The notes: a model not told the origin generated them from the letters alone. Shown: positions 37,228 through 47,798, counted from the first letter of the whole stretch. The stretch: 61,444 bases of DNA, filler included, from Chloroflexota bacterium (GCA_043754535.1; 6 parts of 6 records of this genome joined end to end with filler, not necessarily neighbours in it), one strand, 5' to 3'. Numbers and translations are program-made.

Positions 37228-39027
37228 CTACTGCCTGCTCCCTGGTGCAAGTGAGGTGAAGTAGTCGCGCACGTAGCTCTTGAGACCCTGGGGAATGTAG
37301 CTATTTTGCAGGTCGGTACCAGCCTGCTGCGCGTACTTGCCGAGTATGTCCTCGTAGGGAACCTGCGACTTGCCGCCTGCATTGCTGCTGCTGCCAGCCG
37401 CCGTGCCGCCCGTGCCACCACCAGCCACCGGCTTGCCCGTGCCGCTACCGTTGCCGCTGGTGCGGGCGGGGCCACCAACCGGCACCGCCAGGGGAGTACC
37501 CTGGTTGTTGAAGTTTGGCTCTGGGGCGTAGACCCCCTCGCGTTGACCGCCGTTCGTCCCCTTGCCGCCACCCGCCGCACTCTTACCCGGTTGCTTGCCT
37601 CCCGGCTGACCAGGCTGGCCCGGCTGGTTGCCCGCCTGTGGCTGGCCGCCCTGCCCATTCTGGCCTTGCTGACCGTTCTGCTGGCCGCTGTTCTCCTTGC
37701 TCTGCCCGGCTACTGGTGTGCCAGCGACCGGCGAACCATCGGCGGCCACAAAGGTAGAGTTGGGGTCGGGTGTGCCAGCAGTCGCCGTGCCGTTGCCGGG
37801 CAGAGCAGTGGGGGCAGCGGGCTGGCGCGCCTGCGGGGTCTGCTTGCCCGCTTCGGCTACCGACTGTGCGCCGCTTTGCAACTGGCCCAGTGCCTTCTGC
37901 AACTGCTGCTGGGTGGCAATGGAAGCTCCATTGTTGCGGATGCGCTCGTTGGCCTGGGCTAGCGCACTCTGGGCAGCAGCGAAATCGCCCTTCTTCAGCG
38001 CATCAGCGGCGGCCTTTAGCTGCTGCGAAAGCTCGGCATCCACATTGGCGGTCGCGTCGGCGGCCTGCTGCAATGCCTGGGCGACTGCGGCGCGTTGGGC
38101 TGCACTCTGCTGGCTAAGATTGCGGGCCAGCGAGTCTAGCCCCTGGGCCGCCTCCGGGTAGTTGCCCAATTGCAAGTCGGCCCCAATCTGCTGCAAATCC
38201 GCGGGGTCGGTGAACTTCGTCAACTCCTGGCCCAGGCGGTTGAGGGCTTCCTTCTGCACCATCGTAGCCGGGTCTTGCAGTTGTTTGAGGTTCTGCTCAC
38301 TTTGGCCCAGGCGGGCGACTGCTTCCTCACGGCTCAACTTGCCCTGCTCCAGGTCGCGGCGCAGCTTCTCAAGCTCTTGCAAAGCCTGTTCGCGCACCGG
38401 GTCAACCTGGCTGCCAGCCTCGCGTATCTCCTTCTGCACCTTCTCGATGCGGTTGGCAACCTGCTGCTGGGCCTGGCTGACCGCCTGTTGCTGGCGAGCC
38501 GCTGCCTCAAAGGGGTTGGGGGCATAGAAGGCCACCAGCAGTAGGCCCGCGCATACGATAGTTACCGCTGCCAGCAGAGGGGAGCTACGCAGCGGGAACG
38601 TCTGCGGCAACTCAATCTGGTCGGCCACCCGCCCCGCATCCGCCAGTTGCAGAGCCAGCATTGCCCGCTCTAGCTCGTTGCCGGGTTTGCGCCCCTGCGT
38701 CTCGACAGCGGTGGAGAGCCGCTCGTCCAGGCCAGCAGCCAGGTCAGAGTGCAGGGCGATCTCGCGCTCGTTGCGTGGGCGCAGGAAGCTGACTGCCAGG
38801 CCGAGGGCCAAAGCCCCTGCTATGCACGCCCCTACCGCTGCCCAGGTCTCACCCTCACCCCAGCTACCGTTCAGGCGGGCGAAGAAGGCAACCAGTGCGC
38901 CTGCTAGCAGCCCAAAGCTGAGGGTAAGTGGCAGCCAGCGCACAGCCTCCTGCCAGCGCATGCGCCGCCTCAGCCGCCCCAGGCTGCGCTGCAAGCCCAG
39001 GTATACTTCTCGCGTCTCAATTACCAT
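37228..39027 (-). CDS. Membrane protein with long coiled coil and Gln/Gly-rich tail
   Basis: Three N-terminal TMs, GLDERLSTAVE, C-terminal IPQGLKSYVRDYF. Confidence 0.8.
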   Translation of the reverse strand: MVIETREVYLGLQRSLGRLRRRMRWQEAVRWLPLTLSFGLLAGALVAFFARLNGSWGEGETWAAVGACIAGALALGLAVSFLRPRNEREIALHSDLAAGLDERLSTAVETQGRKPGNELERAMLALQLADAGRVADQIELPQTFPLRSSPLLAAVTIVCAGLLLVAFYAPNPFEAAARQQQAVSQAQQQVANRIEKVQKEIREAGSQVDPVREQALQELEKLRRDLEQGKLSREEAVARLGQSEQNLKQLQDPATMVQKEALNRLGQELTKFTDPADLQQIGADLQLGNYPEAAQGLDSLARNLSQQSAAQRAAVAQALQQAADATANVDAELSQQLKAAADALKKGDFAAAQSALAQANERIRNNGASIATQQQLQKALGQLQSGAQSVAEAGKQTPQARQPAAPTALPGNGTATAGTPDPNSTFVAADGSPVAGTPVAGQSKENSGQQNGQQGQNGQGGQPQAGNQPGQPGQPGGKQPGKSAAGGGKGTNGGQREGVYAPEPNFNNQGTPLAVPVGGPARTSGNGSGTGKPVAGGGTGGTAAGSSSNAGGKSQVPYEDILGKYAQQAGTDLQNSYIPQGLKSYVRDYFTSLAPGSRQ

Positions 39028-39194
39028 GTTGTCCTCCACCCTGCTCCGCAAGTTGTCCCTCTATTATACTGCTTACGGCAAGGAAAGGTTGCACTTTTGC
39101 GCCCAACCCAGCAAAGTCCCGCACCAAGCAAGAGGGGACGAGTCTCGGCGACTCGCCCCCATCCCAGCTTTAGCGCGGCCCTTGTAGCCCCTTG

Positions 39195-39844
39195 CTATTT
39201 CTTCTTGCTTCGCAGGCTGAGGACAAGCAGGAGGGTCAGCACTGCCGACGAGCCGCCGACTACCGCGCGTAGGGTGGCGTTTGGTTCGCCAGGAACGACT
39301 ACGCCATCGGGGGGGGTGTAGCTCTGCATTCGGAAGAACAGGCGCACAGTCTCGCGCATCGCCCGCGTGACAACCTTGATGCTGCCGCCGCTCTGTTCGC
39401 CAGCCGAGCGCGGATAGTGGTTGACCCCCACTTCGGTTACGCTGCGCCCGCGCTTCTGGGCCTTCGCCATAATCTCAGTGTTGATCAAGGCCCCTGGTGA
39501 TTGCAGGTCTATATCCTTGAGGACTTCAGCGTGGAATATCTTGAAAGCGCAGTCAATATCGCGCACCTGGATGTTAAAGAGCAGCTTGACCGCGAGGTTG
39601 AAGATGGCAGCGTAAAGCAGACGGATGCGCGGGTCTTGCCGCTTAATGCGGTAGCCAGCCACAATGTCGTAGTGTGGCACGTAGGAGGCCAGGCGGTGGA
39701 TGTCATTGAGGTCGAACTGGCGATCCGAGTCGGTGAACATGATGTACTCACCCTCTGCCGCCGCGAAGCCGTCGATCAGGCTCTGGCCGTAGCCCTTGTT
39801 GATCTCGTGGGTGACGAGGCGCACGTGGTCGTTCTCCGCAACCA
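39195..39844 (-). CDS. GT2 glycosyltransferase (DPM1-like), 5' truncated
   Basis: HEINKGYG, FTDSDRQFD, DIDCAFK. Confidence 0.88.
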
Positions 39845-39944
39845 NNNNNNNNNNNNNNNNNNNNNNNNNNNNNNNNNNNNNNNNNNNNTTAATTAATTAA
39901 NNNNNNNNNNNNNNNNNNNNNNNNNNNNNNNNNNNNNNNNNNNN

Positions 39945-41147
39945 CTGAAGGAAGCGGGCATCGTGGCGGGCTACCCCTGTGGCGCAAACGGGAGCGAGCC
40001 GTGCGTAGCTCCAGGCAATCTGCCCTACTACCGCCCAGCGAACAGCGTGCGCCGCGATGAACTCTCCAAGTTCATTGACAACGGGCGGCGCAACATCGCC
40101 GACGCAATCGGTACCTCGCTGGTGATCAGCGGCACGAGCAGCCGGGCCGAAGTACTCGGCAATGGCGGCAATGGGCTGCTCGGTAGCACCAATACTGGCG
40201 GGCAGGGTATCTTCGGCTACTGCCTGGTGGCTGGCAATAGTTGCTGGGCTGTGCGCGGTGACGCGCTGGATGGCAACCGGTCTGGCTACTTCAGCGGCGG
40301 CAGGGGTCTCTACGCCACAACTGGCTCCGCCAGCACTGCGGCTGTCGAGGCCTACAGCAATGCGGCCAGTTCCTACGGCGTTTCAGCTACCAGCAACCTC
40401 TATCGTGGTGCCAACATCAAGAACAACAGTGCCTCATGGTACTCACTCTACGTAGACAGCCCGGCTGGTTCAACGGTGGCTGGCTACTTCAATGGCAACG
40501 TCACCATCCAGGGCAACCTGAGTGTCAGTGGCTCCAAGGGCGGCTATGTGGTAGACATGATGCAGAACGTTGACAGCCAGGCTCTTGAGGCAGGCGACGT
40601 GGTTGTAATCGCTGGTGGCGGCAGCAGCGAGGCAGTCTACGGCGAAATCCCAGTCGTCACCGTGAAGAAGGCCAGCAGTGCCTACGACACTGGCGTGGTT
40701 GGCGTGGTTGACCAGGTGATGAGTGTGCCGAGCAAGCAGGTGCGTGCCGCGTACAAGGCGCAAGAGGATGCTCGCCGCGAGGCGATGAGTCGTCAGAATG
40801 CCCTCAACACCGCCGCTACGGACGGCCAGAGCAAGCCCGCGTCTGTTGATGTTCCCCCTGCGACGATCAACGACGTAGATGGCAGCCCCCACCCCATCTC
40901 CACCGCCAGCGGAGCCGCCACTGGCAGCTACATCAACGTCGTCACCCTCGGCAGCTACAAGGCAGTCAAGGTGGATGCCAGCTTCGGCCCAATCAAGGCG
41001 GGTGACCTGCTGGTTGCCAGCAGCAACCCCGGCTACGCGATGAAGGCAACCGACAAGTCGCAGACCAGCGGTGCAGTGATCGGCAAGGCTCTCGGCAGTC
41101 TCGAAAGCGGCACCGGCACCATCCCGGTGATGGTTACGCTCAAGTAA
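39945..41147 (+). CDS. SLH-domain surface protein with Gly-rich beta region and C-terminal tailspike-chaperone (peptidase G2-like) domain, 5' truncated
   Basis: GIVAGYPCG..EPC..PGNLPYYRPANSVRRDELSK; GYFNGNVTIQGNLSVSGSK; VKVDASFGPIKAGDLLVASSNPGYAMKA..VIGKAL. Confidence 0.7.
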   Translation: MKEAGIVAGYPCGANGSEPCVAPGNLPYYRPANSVRRDELSKFIDNGRRNIADAIGTSLVISGTSSRAEVLGNGGNGLLGSTNTGGQGIFGYCLVAGNSCWAVRGDALDGNRSGYFSGGRGLYATTGSASTAAVEAYSNAASSYGVSATSNLYRGANIKNNSASWYSLYVDSPAGSTVAGYFNGNVTIQGNLSVSGSKGGYVVDMMQNVDSQALEAGDVVVIAGGGSSEAVYGEIPVVTVKKASSAYDTGVVGVVDQVMSVPSKQVRAAYKAQEDARREAMSRQNALNTAATDGQSKPASVDVPPATINDVDGSPHPISTASGAATGSYINVVTLGSYKAVKVDASFGPIKAGDLLVASSNPGYAMKATDKSQTSGAVIGKALGSLESGTGTIPVMVTLK

Positions 41148-41171
41148 GCACCACCAGCTAGAAGCAAGTGA

Positions 41172-41197
41172 GCGGGGTGCAGCTAGCTGCACCCCGC
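41172..41197. terminator. Perfect 26-bp palindrome between convergent genes
   Basis: GCGGGGTGCAGCTAGCTGCACCCCGC. Confidence 0.65.
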
Positions 41198-41220
41198 CGC
41201 TTTGTCCCCCCCACGACTAG

Positions 41221-42795
41221 CTAGCCAGCCTGCGGCCCCTCCACTATTGCCTCCTCCCGCTCTGGCACGTAGTAGCTGGCGATGGCGATGGCGAGGTAGG
41301 TGTAGAGGTAGACGACGGTGCTGGCGACCGGGTAGAGGGTGGCGATCTGGATCAGGTAAGCAGCCACCCCTGCAACCAGGGCGGCTAGCAGCATCCGCCG
41401 CTCAAAGGTTGTGCTAGCCAGGGCTAGCCTCCAGGCGTGCCAGAGGAATGTCCCCACCAGCAGGAGATAAAGCAGCAGTAGCGGCAGCCCGCCATTGAGC
41501 AGCATTTCAAGGTAAGCACTGTGGGAGCGGTCGGGCGTGCTGTTCCGCGAGGCTAGGTGCGAGAGCGCGACTGGGTAGTAGGGTGGGTAGATCAGGTAAG
41601 TGGTCTCTGGGCCGTGACCAAGCAGCAGGCGCAGGGGGCTGCTGTGGGCAAGCAGATCGAGTGCGCCCTGCCAGATCAGCCACTTGCTCTCCCAGCGGGT
41701 GCCGCCGCTGAACTGCGCTGGCAGATTGGCGACAAACACGCCGACCGCCGCGACAGCAAGCACTCCGCTACTGATCGCCAACCCTCGCTGGCTCTGGCTG
41801 AGAAAAGCCAGCCCGAAGAAGCAGCCAATCCCTACTAGCCCAGCGACAAGCGGCACTGGCGACCCGGTGAAGTAGATCGCCAGGAGCAGGGCAGGCAGCA
41901 ACCCGATCATCACCACCAACTGGGCCAGCGTCAGCAACCAACTACGGGGCGAAGTGGTGCCGTAGATGAAGTTGAGCAGGTAGAAAAGCAAGATAGCCAC
42001 AGGCATGATGAACCAGAGGCCGAAGTCGGGCCGCTGGTTGGCGGCAACGAGGAGCAATGCAAACCAGAGGATTAGCGACTGCGCCACTGCCACTAGGCTG
42101 TAGCCGAGTAGCCGCAGGGAGTCTCCGCTGTTGCGCTCAAGCGGCTCTGTTTGCATCCGCCGCCAGAGGGTGGCCGCCCGGTAGAGAACGAGCGGCAGCA
42201 GCAGGATCAGCCAGGCCGCGTGGTAGGTGGAGTTGCCGAAGGTACTGCTGGTCTGCTGGCTAACGTCACCCGCCCAGGGCAGTGGATCAGCCCCGTAGTG
42301 CTGGAGATAGCCATAAAGGACGACTGGCACACCGCTGGCAATGGCGAAGGTGATCAGCCGCTCGACTTGCGCCCGCGTCCGCAGGTTGCCCAGCAGCACT
42401 ATGGCAAGGAAGATGTAGCTCCAATCGCTGATCGCGCCGCCCGCCCGCTGGTAGCTGCCGAAGATGCTGAGGCCAGGATTGACCCCCGCCAGGCTAGCAA
42501 CCAGCAGCCAGCCCGCAAGTAGGAGCAGGGGGATCAGCAGCGGCCTACGCCACCACTGTTCTCCCTTTGGCTGCTCCGCGAACACTTCGCCTTCGCCAGG
42601 CCGGTAGCTGCGCCGCTCGATCAGCTTGACTAGCCAACAGAGCGCGGCGAAGAACATCAGGCTGCGAAAGAGAGCCACCTTGTCTGGCTCAAACACTCTA
42701 CTACTGTAGACGTTGAAGAACAGGGGGGTGAAGACCACCGCTGCCAACCACAACCCCTCCAACATTCGCTCGGCCACCCGACCAACAATCGTCAT
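41221..42795 (-). CDS. O-antigen ligase family membrane protein
   Basis: Multi-TM, STFGNS, LLGHGPET, DRSHSAYLE. Confidence 0.8.
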   Translation of the reverse strand: MTIVGRVAERMLEGLWLAAVVFTPLFFNVYSSRVFEPDKVALFRSLMFFAALCWLVKLIERRSYRPGEGEVFAEQPKGEQWWRRPLLIPLLLLAGWLLVASLAGVNPGLSIFGSYQRAGGAISDWSYIFLAIVLLGNLRTRAQVERLITFAIASGVPVVLYGYLQHYGADPLPWAGDVSQQTSSTFGNSTYHAAWLILLLPLVLYRAATLWRRMQTEPLERNSGDSLRLLGYSLVAVAQSLILWFALLLVAANQRPDFGLWFIMPVAILLFYLLNFIYGTTSPRSWLLTLAQLVVMIGLLPALLLAIYFTGSPVPLVAGLVGIGCFFGLAFLSQSQRGLAISSGVLAVAAVGVFVANLPAQFSGGTRWESKWLIWQGALDLLAHSSPLRLLLGHGPETTYLIYPPYYPVALSHLASRNSTPDRSHSAYLEMLLNGGLPLLLLYLLLVGTFLWHAWRLALASTTFERRMLLAALVAGVAAYLIQIATLYPVASTVVYLYTYLAIAIASYYVPEREEAIVEGPQAG

Positions 42796-42942
42796 TGCTC
42801 CACCCTCCTCGCTAATGCACTATCCACATCAACCCGCCACTTTGCCAGTCGGTTACAGGTTTGGCGGCCCGACTTCTGCTTTAGCTCTGGCAAAGGACTT
42901 TTGGCGGCAGGCTTGCCCCAGGCACAAGAGAAAGGTACAAAG

Positions 42943-43368
42943 ATGACAGGCATAGAGCAGAACAGTGAGCAGGCGATCACGGCAATGCTGGGGATACACA
43001 ACATAGCGGTAGTTGGTCTGTCGAGCAAGGAGGATCGGCCCAGTCACGCGGTTGCTGCCTACCTGCAAGCGCATGGCTACCAGATTATCCCGATCCACCC
43101 GAATGAGGAGGAGGTGCTTGGCGAGAAGGCCTACCCCAACCTTGCTGCCGTACCCGCCGATGTGCAGATCGACGTGGTAGATGTTTTCCGTCGCGCCGAG
43201 GACACGCCAGAGATCGTGCAGCAGGCCGCTGAGCGTGGAGCAAAGGGGGTCTGGCTGCAACTAGAGATTGAGAGCGACGCAGCGGCGCAGGTTGCCCAGA
43301 CCGCTGGCCTACTCTTTGTCCAGAACCACTGCATGAAGATCGAACACCACAAACACCAGGTTCGCTAG
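42943..43368 (+). CDS. CoA-binding protein (YccU-like)
   Basis: IAVVGLS..DRPS, DVVDVFR, VWLQL, NHCMKIEH. Confidence 0.9.
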   Translation: MTGIEQNSEQAITAMLGIHNIAVVGLSSKEDRPSHAVAAYLQAHGYQIIPIHPNEEEVLGEKAYPNLAAVPADVQIDVVDVFRRAEDTPEIVQQAAERGAKGVWLQLEIESDAAAQVAQTAGLLFVQNHCMKIEHHKHQVR

Positions 43369-43439
43369 CTTACCTGGTGGCGACCTATTGACCGCTTGGC
43401 TAGCTTCATGGACTTTTAACAGCTTTTCCTGTTTTAATG

Positions 43440-43468
43440 TTGACAAAGTGGCTGCCAGCCGCTATAAT
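43440..43468 (+). promoter_or_regulatory. Perfect consensus promoter
   Basis: TTGACA-17-TATAAT upstream of the lipoprotein gene. Confidence 0.8.
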
Positions 43469-43499
43469 CGACAGAGAGCATAACACAGAGGAGAAGCGT

Positions 43500-44591
43500 G
43501 TGAAGAAGAACTTGATAGCCCTGACAACGATCCTGGTACTGGCTTTTGGCCTAGCAGCCTGTGACAGTAATAGCAGTGCAGTAGTGAATGCCACGCCAAC
43601 AGCAGTCACCACGAGCAGTGACGCGGCCTTCAGCAAAGATGTGAGCCAGCAGGCCGCCCTCGACCTGATGCACGGCCATCTGATCCCCAGCCTCGCCCTC
43701 TGGCAGAAGGGGAACTACAAGTTGGCCGTGCGGCACGCAGGCCACCCCGCCAACGAACTGTTCGCCATCGTCGCCGACGAGTTGAAGGCCAAGAATGCTG
43801 ACGTGGCCCTGAAGAAGGCGTTGGATAGCTACGTGGGGATGGCCGACCGGGCTGGCAATAGCAAAGAGGTACAGGCCACCCAGGAAGCCGCGATTGCCGC
43901 GATTAACCAGAGCCTACCGATCCTCAACGACTCGGCTGGTGACGACTTGCGTGTGCAGGCAGCCAGCGTACGCGAGATGCTCACCAGCATCATCAACGAG
44001 TACACTGGGGCTAGCGTCAAGACGGGTGACGACCAGTTGATCGAGTACGGCGACTCGGTGGGCTATGTGCAAGTGGCCGCTCTGCGCTACCAGAAGATCG
44101 CAGGGCAGGTCAAAGCGCAGTTCCCCAGCCAGGCCGCTGTCATTGAACAGGCCTTCGCCGAATTGAAGGCTCTACTGACCGACCCCACCGCTGTCCCCAA
44201 CCCCCTACCCCCACTGGCCGCGATCAAGAGCAGGATTCTGACGATCAACAGCAGCCTGAGCGACAGCTACAAGCTGCCCGCGCAGCAGGACAAAGCCAGC
44301 GTAGTGATCGCCAGGGTCAAGCAGAATGTTGACGAGGCGGTTAAGCAGTACAAGGCGGGGGACAAGGACAAGGGCTACCAGTTGGCTGCTGATGCCTATC
44401 TCAACGGCTATGACAAACTGGAAGGCGACATTGCACTGAAGGACATAGCGTTGAGCAAGACAGTGGAGACACAGTTGATCGCCCTCCGCAATTTGATCCG
44501 TAATGGCAAGCCAATCAGCGAGGTTGAAGACACTGCCAACCAGGTGAAAAAGAGTCTTGACCAGGTGGATATGTTGCTGATGGGCCAGTAG
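43500..44591 (+). CDS. Helical lipoprotein, possibly iron/metal binding
   Basis: Lipobox LAAC; HGHL and HAGHP..E; C-terminal AADAYLNGYDKLEG resembles the soluble domain of FTR1/PbrT-type permeases. Confidence 0.6.
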   Translation: MKKNLIALTTILVLAFGLAACDSNSSAVVNATPTAVTTSSDAAFSKDVSQQAALDLMHGHLIPSLALWQKGNYKLAVRHAGHPANELFAIVADELKAKNADVALKKALDSYVGMADRAGNSKEVQATQEAAIAAINQSLPILNDSAGDDLRVQAASVREMLTSIINEYTGASVKTGDDQLIEYGDSVGYVQVAALRYQKIAGQVKAQFPSQAAVIEQAFAELKALLTDPTAVPNPLPPLAAIKSRILTINSSLSDSYKLPAQQDKASVVIARVKQNVDEAVKQYKAGDKDKGYQLAADAYLNGYDKLEGDIALKDIALSKTVETQLIALRNLIRNGKPISEVEDTANQVKKSLDQVDMLLMGQ

Positions 44592-44755
44592 CCAGCTTGA
44601 TGCCCCTCTCCTTGGACTGTAGGGGGGCATTGCTAGGCTTCGCTCAGGGGAGGTCGTGGCCCTGCGCCCAGCCCTTGACGCATAAATCCCAATGGCGTAC
44701 AATTTGCGTACAGTGATTGCGAAATCTGTAACAATATGCGATTGGGAGCGAAATA

Positions 44756-46093
44756 ATGGCCGAGGCACAGGAGATACTCAATTTTAGCGGGCTGCAATTG
44801 CTGATGCAAGTGCGGGGCGGGCGACAGGTTGAATTGCAGGTGGTAGGCAACGACAAGGCGGAGTTGACCGAAGTGCGGCTTGAGGCAGAGGTAAGCGGCC
44901 AACCGCTGCTAACCGCCACCGCCGGGCCAACTCGCAAACCCTACCCGATGGCGGTCGGTCGCCTCGTTCTTGGCCTGAGTGCGGCTCTGCCTGCACGGGG
45001 CGGCTACCTGTTGGCTACCCTGCACGTGCGCCACTGGCGGCAGGAGATGGAGGATCGCGCTGTGGCCCTGCGCTACCTCGGCGACGGCCATTTTGAGCCA
45101 CTGATCAACACCCTGCACCAGCCGATCCAGGAAGCGGGCGACTTTCCTGCCCCAGTGGCTCTGCCTCAACTGCACCAGCCTGGCGACCCACAACTGGCCC
45201 GTCTGCTTGAGCGGATCGGCGAGCAGGGCGTGATGCGTGACCTCACCTGGTTGGCCGACGATGCGCGCAACGGACGGCTCACCGCTAGCGAGGGTGAAGC
45301 AGCAACGGTCACCTACCTCAGTGAGCAGTTCCGTGCTGCGGGCCTCGAACCTTGGACGGCGGCGGGTCTGCAAGACTTCAGCCACAGCTTCACCGTGCCG
45401 AAGCGGGCTGCCCGCCGCCTCGACCCTGGCGTAAATAGCGACCTGACTGCCACCAACGTGGTAGGCTACCTGCCTGGCACACAGCAGCCCGACTGCTACC
45501 TGATCGTCAGCGGCCACCTGGATCACCTGGGGCGCGATAGCAGCGGTGCTATCTACAACGGCGCAGACGATGCGGCGGGCGTGGCGGCCATGTTGGAGAT
45601 CGCCCGCGCCTTGCAGTCCGCTGACCTGCGACCTGCCTACTCACTGGTATTTGTCGCCTTTAGCGGTAGAGAAGTGGGGTTGCTCGGCTCCAACGCCTTC
45701 AGCCACCTGCTAGATCAGCAAGGCTTGCTGCCTGGCGCGCTCGGCTGCTACAACCTAGAAGTCCTCGGCGCACGCAATGGCACCCAGCCCAACATATGGG
45801 ACGAGGCAGAGGAGTCAACCCACAGTTTGGCGGCGGCGGCAGTGACGGCAGCGGAGGAGCTAGGGCTGCACTACAACCGCATCAACGCCCGCGACCCCGG
45901 CAGCGATGCCTACAGCCTGCTCAGTGCAGGGGTGCCAGCGATCTCGCTGGACTGGGACTTCACCCCCAGCAACCACCCCTACTACCACACTATCTATGAC
46001 AAAGCAGAGAACGTCAACCCGCCAGCACTGACCACAGCCACAAAGTATATAGCGGCCACGATCTGGCTATTCCTGCTCAGGGCAGCGGCGTAG
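44756..46093 (+). CDS. M28 family metallopeptidase with N-terminal extension
   Basis: NVVGYLPG, SGHLDHLG, NGADDAAG, FSGREVGLLGS, SDA, YHTIYD. Confidence 0.88.
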   Translation: MAEAQEILNFSGLQLLMQVRGGRQVELQVVGNDKAELTEVRLEAEVSGQPLLTATAGPTRKPYPMAVGRLVLGLSAALPARGGYLLATLHVRHWRQEMEDRAVALRYLGDGHFEPLINTLHQPIQEAGDFPAPVALPQLHQPGDPQLARLLERIGEQGVMRDLTWLADDARNGRLTASEGEAATVTYLSEQFRAAGLEPWTAAGLQDFSHSFTVPKRAARRLDPGVNSDLTATNVVGYLPGTQQPDCYLIVSGHLDHLGRDSSGAIYNGADDAAGVAAMLEIARALQSADLRPAYSLVFVAFSGREVGLLGSNAFSHLLDQQGLLPGALGCYNLEVLGARNGTQPNIWDEAEESTHSLAAAAVTAAEELGLHYNRINARDPGSDAYSLLSAGVPAISLDWDFTPSNHPYYHTIYDKAENVNPPALTTATKYIAATIWLFLLRAAA

Positions 46094-46105
46094 GTTGAGG
46101 CAGCG

Positions 46106-47284
46106 ATGAAGCGCAGCATACTACTCACCTTGCTCCTCCTAGTCGCCTGCGATGGTGATAGCGGTATGTTGACTGGCACCCCGCTGACCCAGCTTACAAC
46201 GAAGGTGGCGCATACTGTCGATCTCGCCGACCGACGGCTTGCGCCCTACTTCTGGCTGTCGCCCGACGGCACTAAGCTGCTCACCCTCACGATCAGTGGG
46301 GTGCAGGCTATGCTCTACGACTTGCAGAGCGACAAGGGCCAACCGCTCGACCTGGGGGTAGATAGCATAGACCCTGCCTCGATCAGCTTCGCTCCCGACA
46401 GCGGGTCGATCCTCTACAGCGAGGACTTCCTGCGCCAGGCCCGCCAGAGCGATGTCCACCTTTACGACCTTAAGCTGCATAAGGCGACCACGCTCACCAG
46501 CTTTCGCCGCAACACGCCCAGTAGCAGCCACAAGCAGGCGGAGTTGGCGCGCTTTGCGGCCTGGTCACCGCTGTGGTCAGTGGATGGCAAAGCGATCTAC
46601 TACGCCAGTATGGACGAGCAGGGCTACGCGATCTACAGCCTGCCGCGCTACGGCAACGAGGCAGCGCACAAGTCCTTCGCACTGGGGCAGAGTGAGGGGT
46701 TGGTCACCAGCTTCGGACTGACCACCGCTGGCAAACGTCTAGTCTACGTGCTGGCAACCAGCAAAGCAGGTCTAGCTGGGGTCTACCTGTGGCAGGGGGC
46801 GGGGGTAGGCCGCCAACTGCTGGCCGACCCGCAGGCCGCCAACTTGCGTGTCGTGGGGGAGATTGCGCTGCTAGAGGAGCAGGCGGGCGAGTTCGTCAGC
46901 AGCAACAAGCTGGCCTCTACCCTGAGTCTGGAGGCGGGGCGCGAGGGAGAGCGCGTCTTCATCAAGCCCTTCCCGATTGCCACCACCAACACCCCCCCAG
47001 AGGTGATTGCCGGGGCCAGCACCCACGCTGCCACCTGGTCGCCAGATGGCAAGCTGGCAGCCTACGTAACCGACAACAAGGCGATCCGCTCACAACCCGC
47101 CCACAGCATCTGGCTCTATGACCCGGCTAGCAAGCAAGCAGCAATGGTCTACCAGGCGACTGGCTCAAGCTCGGAGCGCGAGTTGCTGCCAGAGCAGGCG
47201 GCCCTCACCTGGTCGGCGGCCAACACCCTTGCGGTCAACGGTGAACCGGGTAAGATCGTGATCCTCCAACTGGCGAAGAAGTAG
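46106..47284 (+). CDS. Lipoprotein with TolB-like beta-propeller
   Basis: Lipobox LVAC; LSPDG, FAPDS, WSVDG and WSPDG repeats. Confidence 0.8.
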   Translation: MKRSILLTLLLLVACDGDSGMLTGTPLTQLTTKVAHTVDLADRRLAPYFWLSPDGTKLLTLTISGVQAMLYDLQSDKGQPLDLGVDSIDPASISFAPDSGSILYSEDFLRQARQSDVHLYDLKLHKATTLTSFRRNTPSSSHKQAELARFAAWSPLWSVDGKAIYYASMDEQGYAIYSLPRYGNEAAHKSFALGQSEGLVTSFGLTTAGKRLVYVLATSKAGLAGVYLWQGAGVGRQLLADPQAANLRVVGEIALLEEQAGEFVSSNKLASTLSLEAGREGERVFIKPFPIATTNTPPEVIAGASTHAATWSPDGKLAAYVTDNKAIRSQPAHSIWLYDPASKQAAMVYQATGSSSERELLPEQAALTWSAANTLAVNGEPGKIVILQLAKK

Positions 47285-47342
47285 CGGCTGGCAGGCAAGC
47301 AAAAGGGCGGGCGCGTTGCCTGCCCTACTGCTATACGGCTAC

Positions 47343-47798
47343 TTACCAGCGACGGCCACCTCGCCCGTAACGCCGCCCCCAACCGCGCCCACCAAGCATG
47401 GAGATGAGGAAGAAGACGAGGAAGATCGGGAAGATGAAGTGGAAGATGAAGCTGATTAGCATTACTGCCCCCACCACCATCAACGGGATAAGGAAGATGT
47501 AGGGGAAGGGTGACTGCCCCCGCTGCCACTGCTGCGGCCTACCTGGCCCCGGCTGCTGCCACTGCTGGCCCTGCTGCCGGTAAGCATCTGGGTAGTAGGG
47601 CTGCACAGCGGTGCTAGCCTGTGGCTGGCTGGGGTAGCCGTCTGCCTTTGCCTGCTCCTTCGGCTGCTCTGTTGGTTGCGGCTTGAGATGTTCGGGCATT
47701 GGGGCGTAGCCGGGTTGGTAAGAGAGTGGCTCGTTCATGCGGCTGGTTTCCTGCCCATAGGCATCGTTTTGCTCGTTACTGCGATAGTTGTCGTTCAT
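47343..47798 (-). CDS. Pro/Gln-rich hypothetical membrane protein
   Basis: Low-complexity N-terminus, C-terminal TM hairpin, GR-rich tail. Confidence 0.65.
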   Translation of the reverse strand: MNDNYRSNEQNDAYGQETSRMNEPLSYQPGYAPMPEHLKPQPTEQPKEQAKADGYPSQPQASTAVQPYYPDAYRQQGQQWQQPGPGRPQQWQRGQSPFPYIFLIPLMVVGAVMLISFIFHFIFPIFLVFFLISMLGGRGWGRRYGRGGRRW

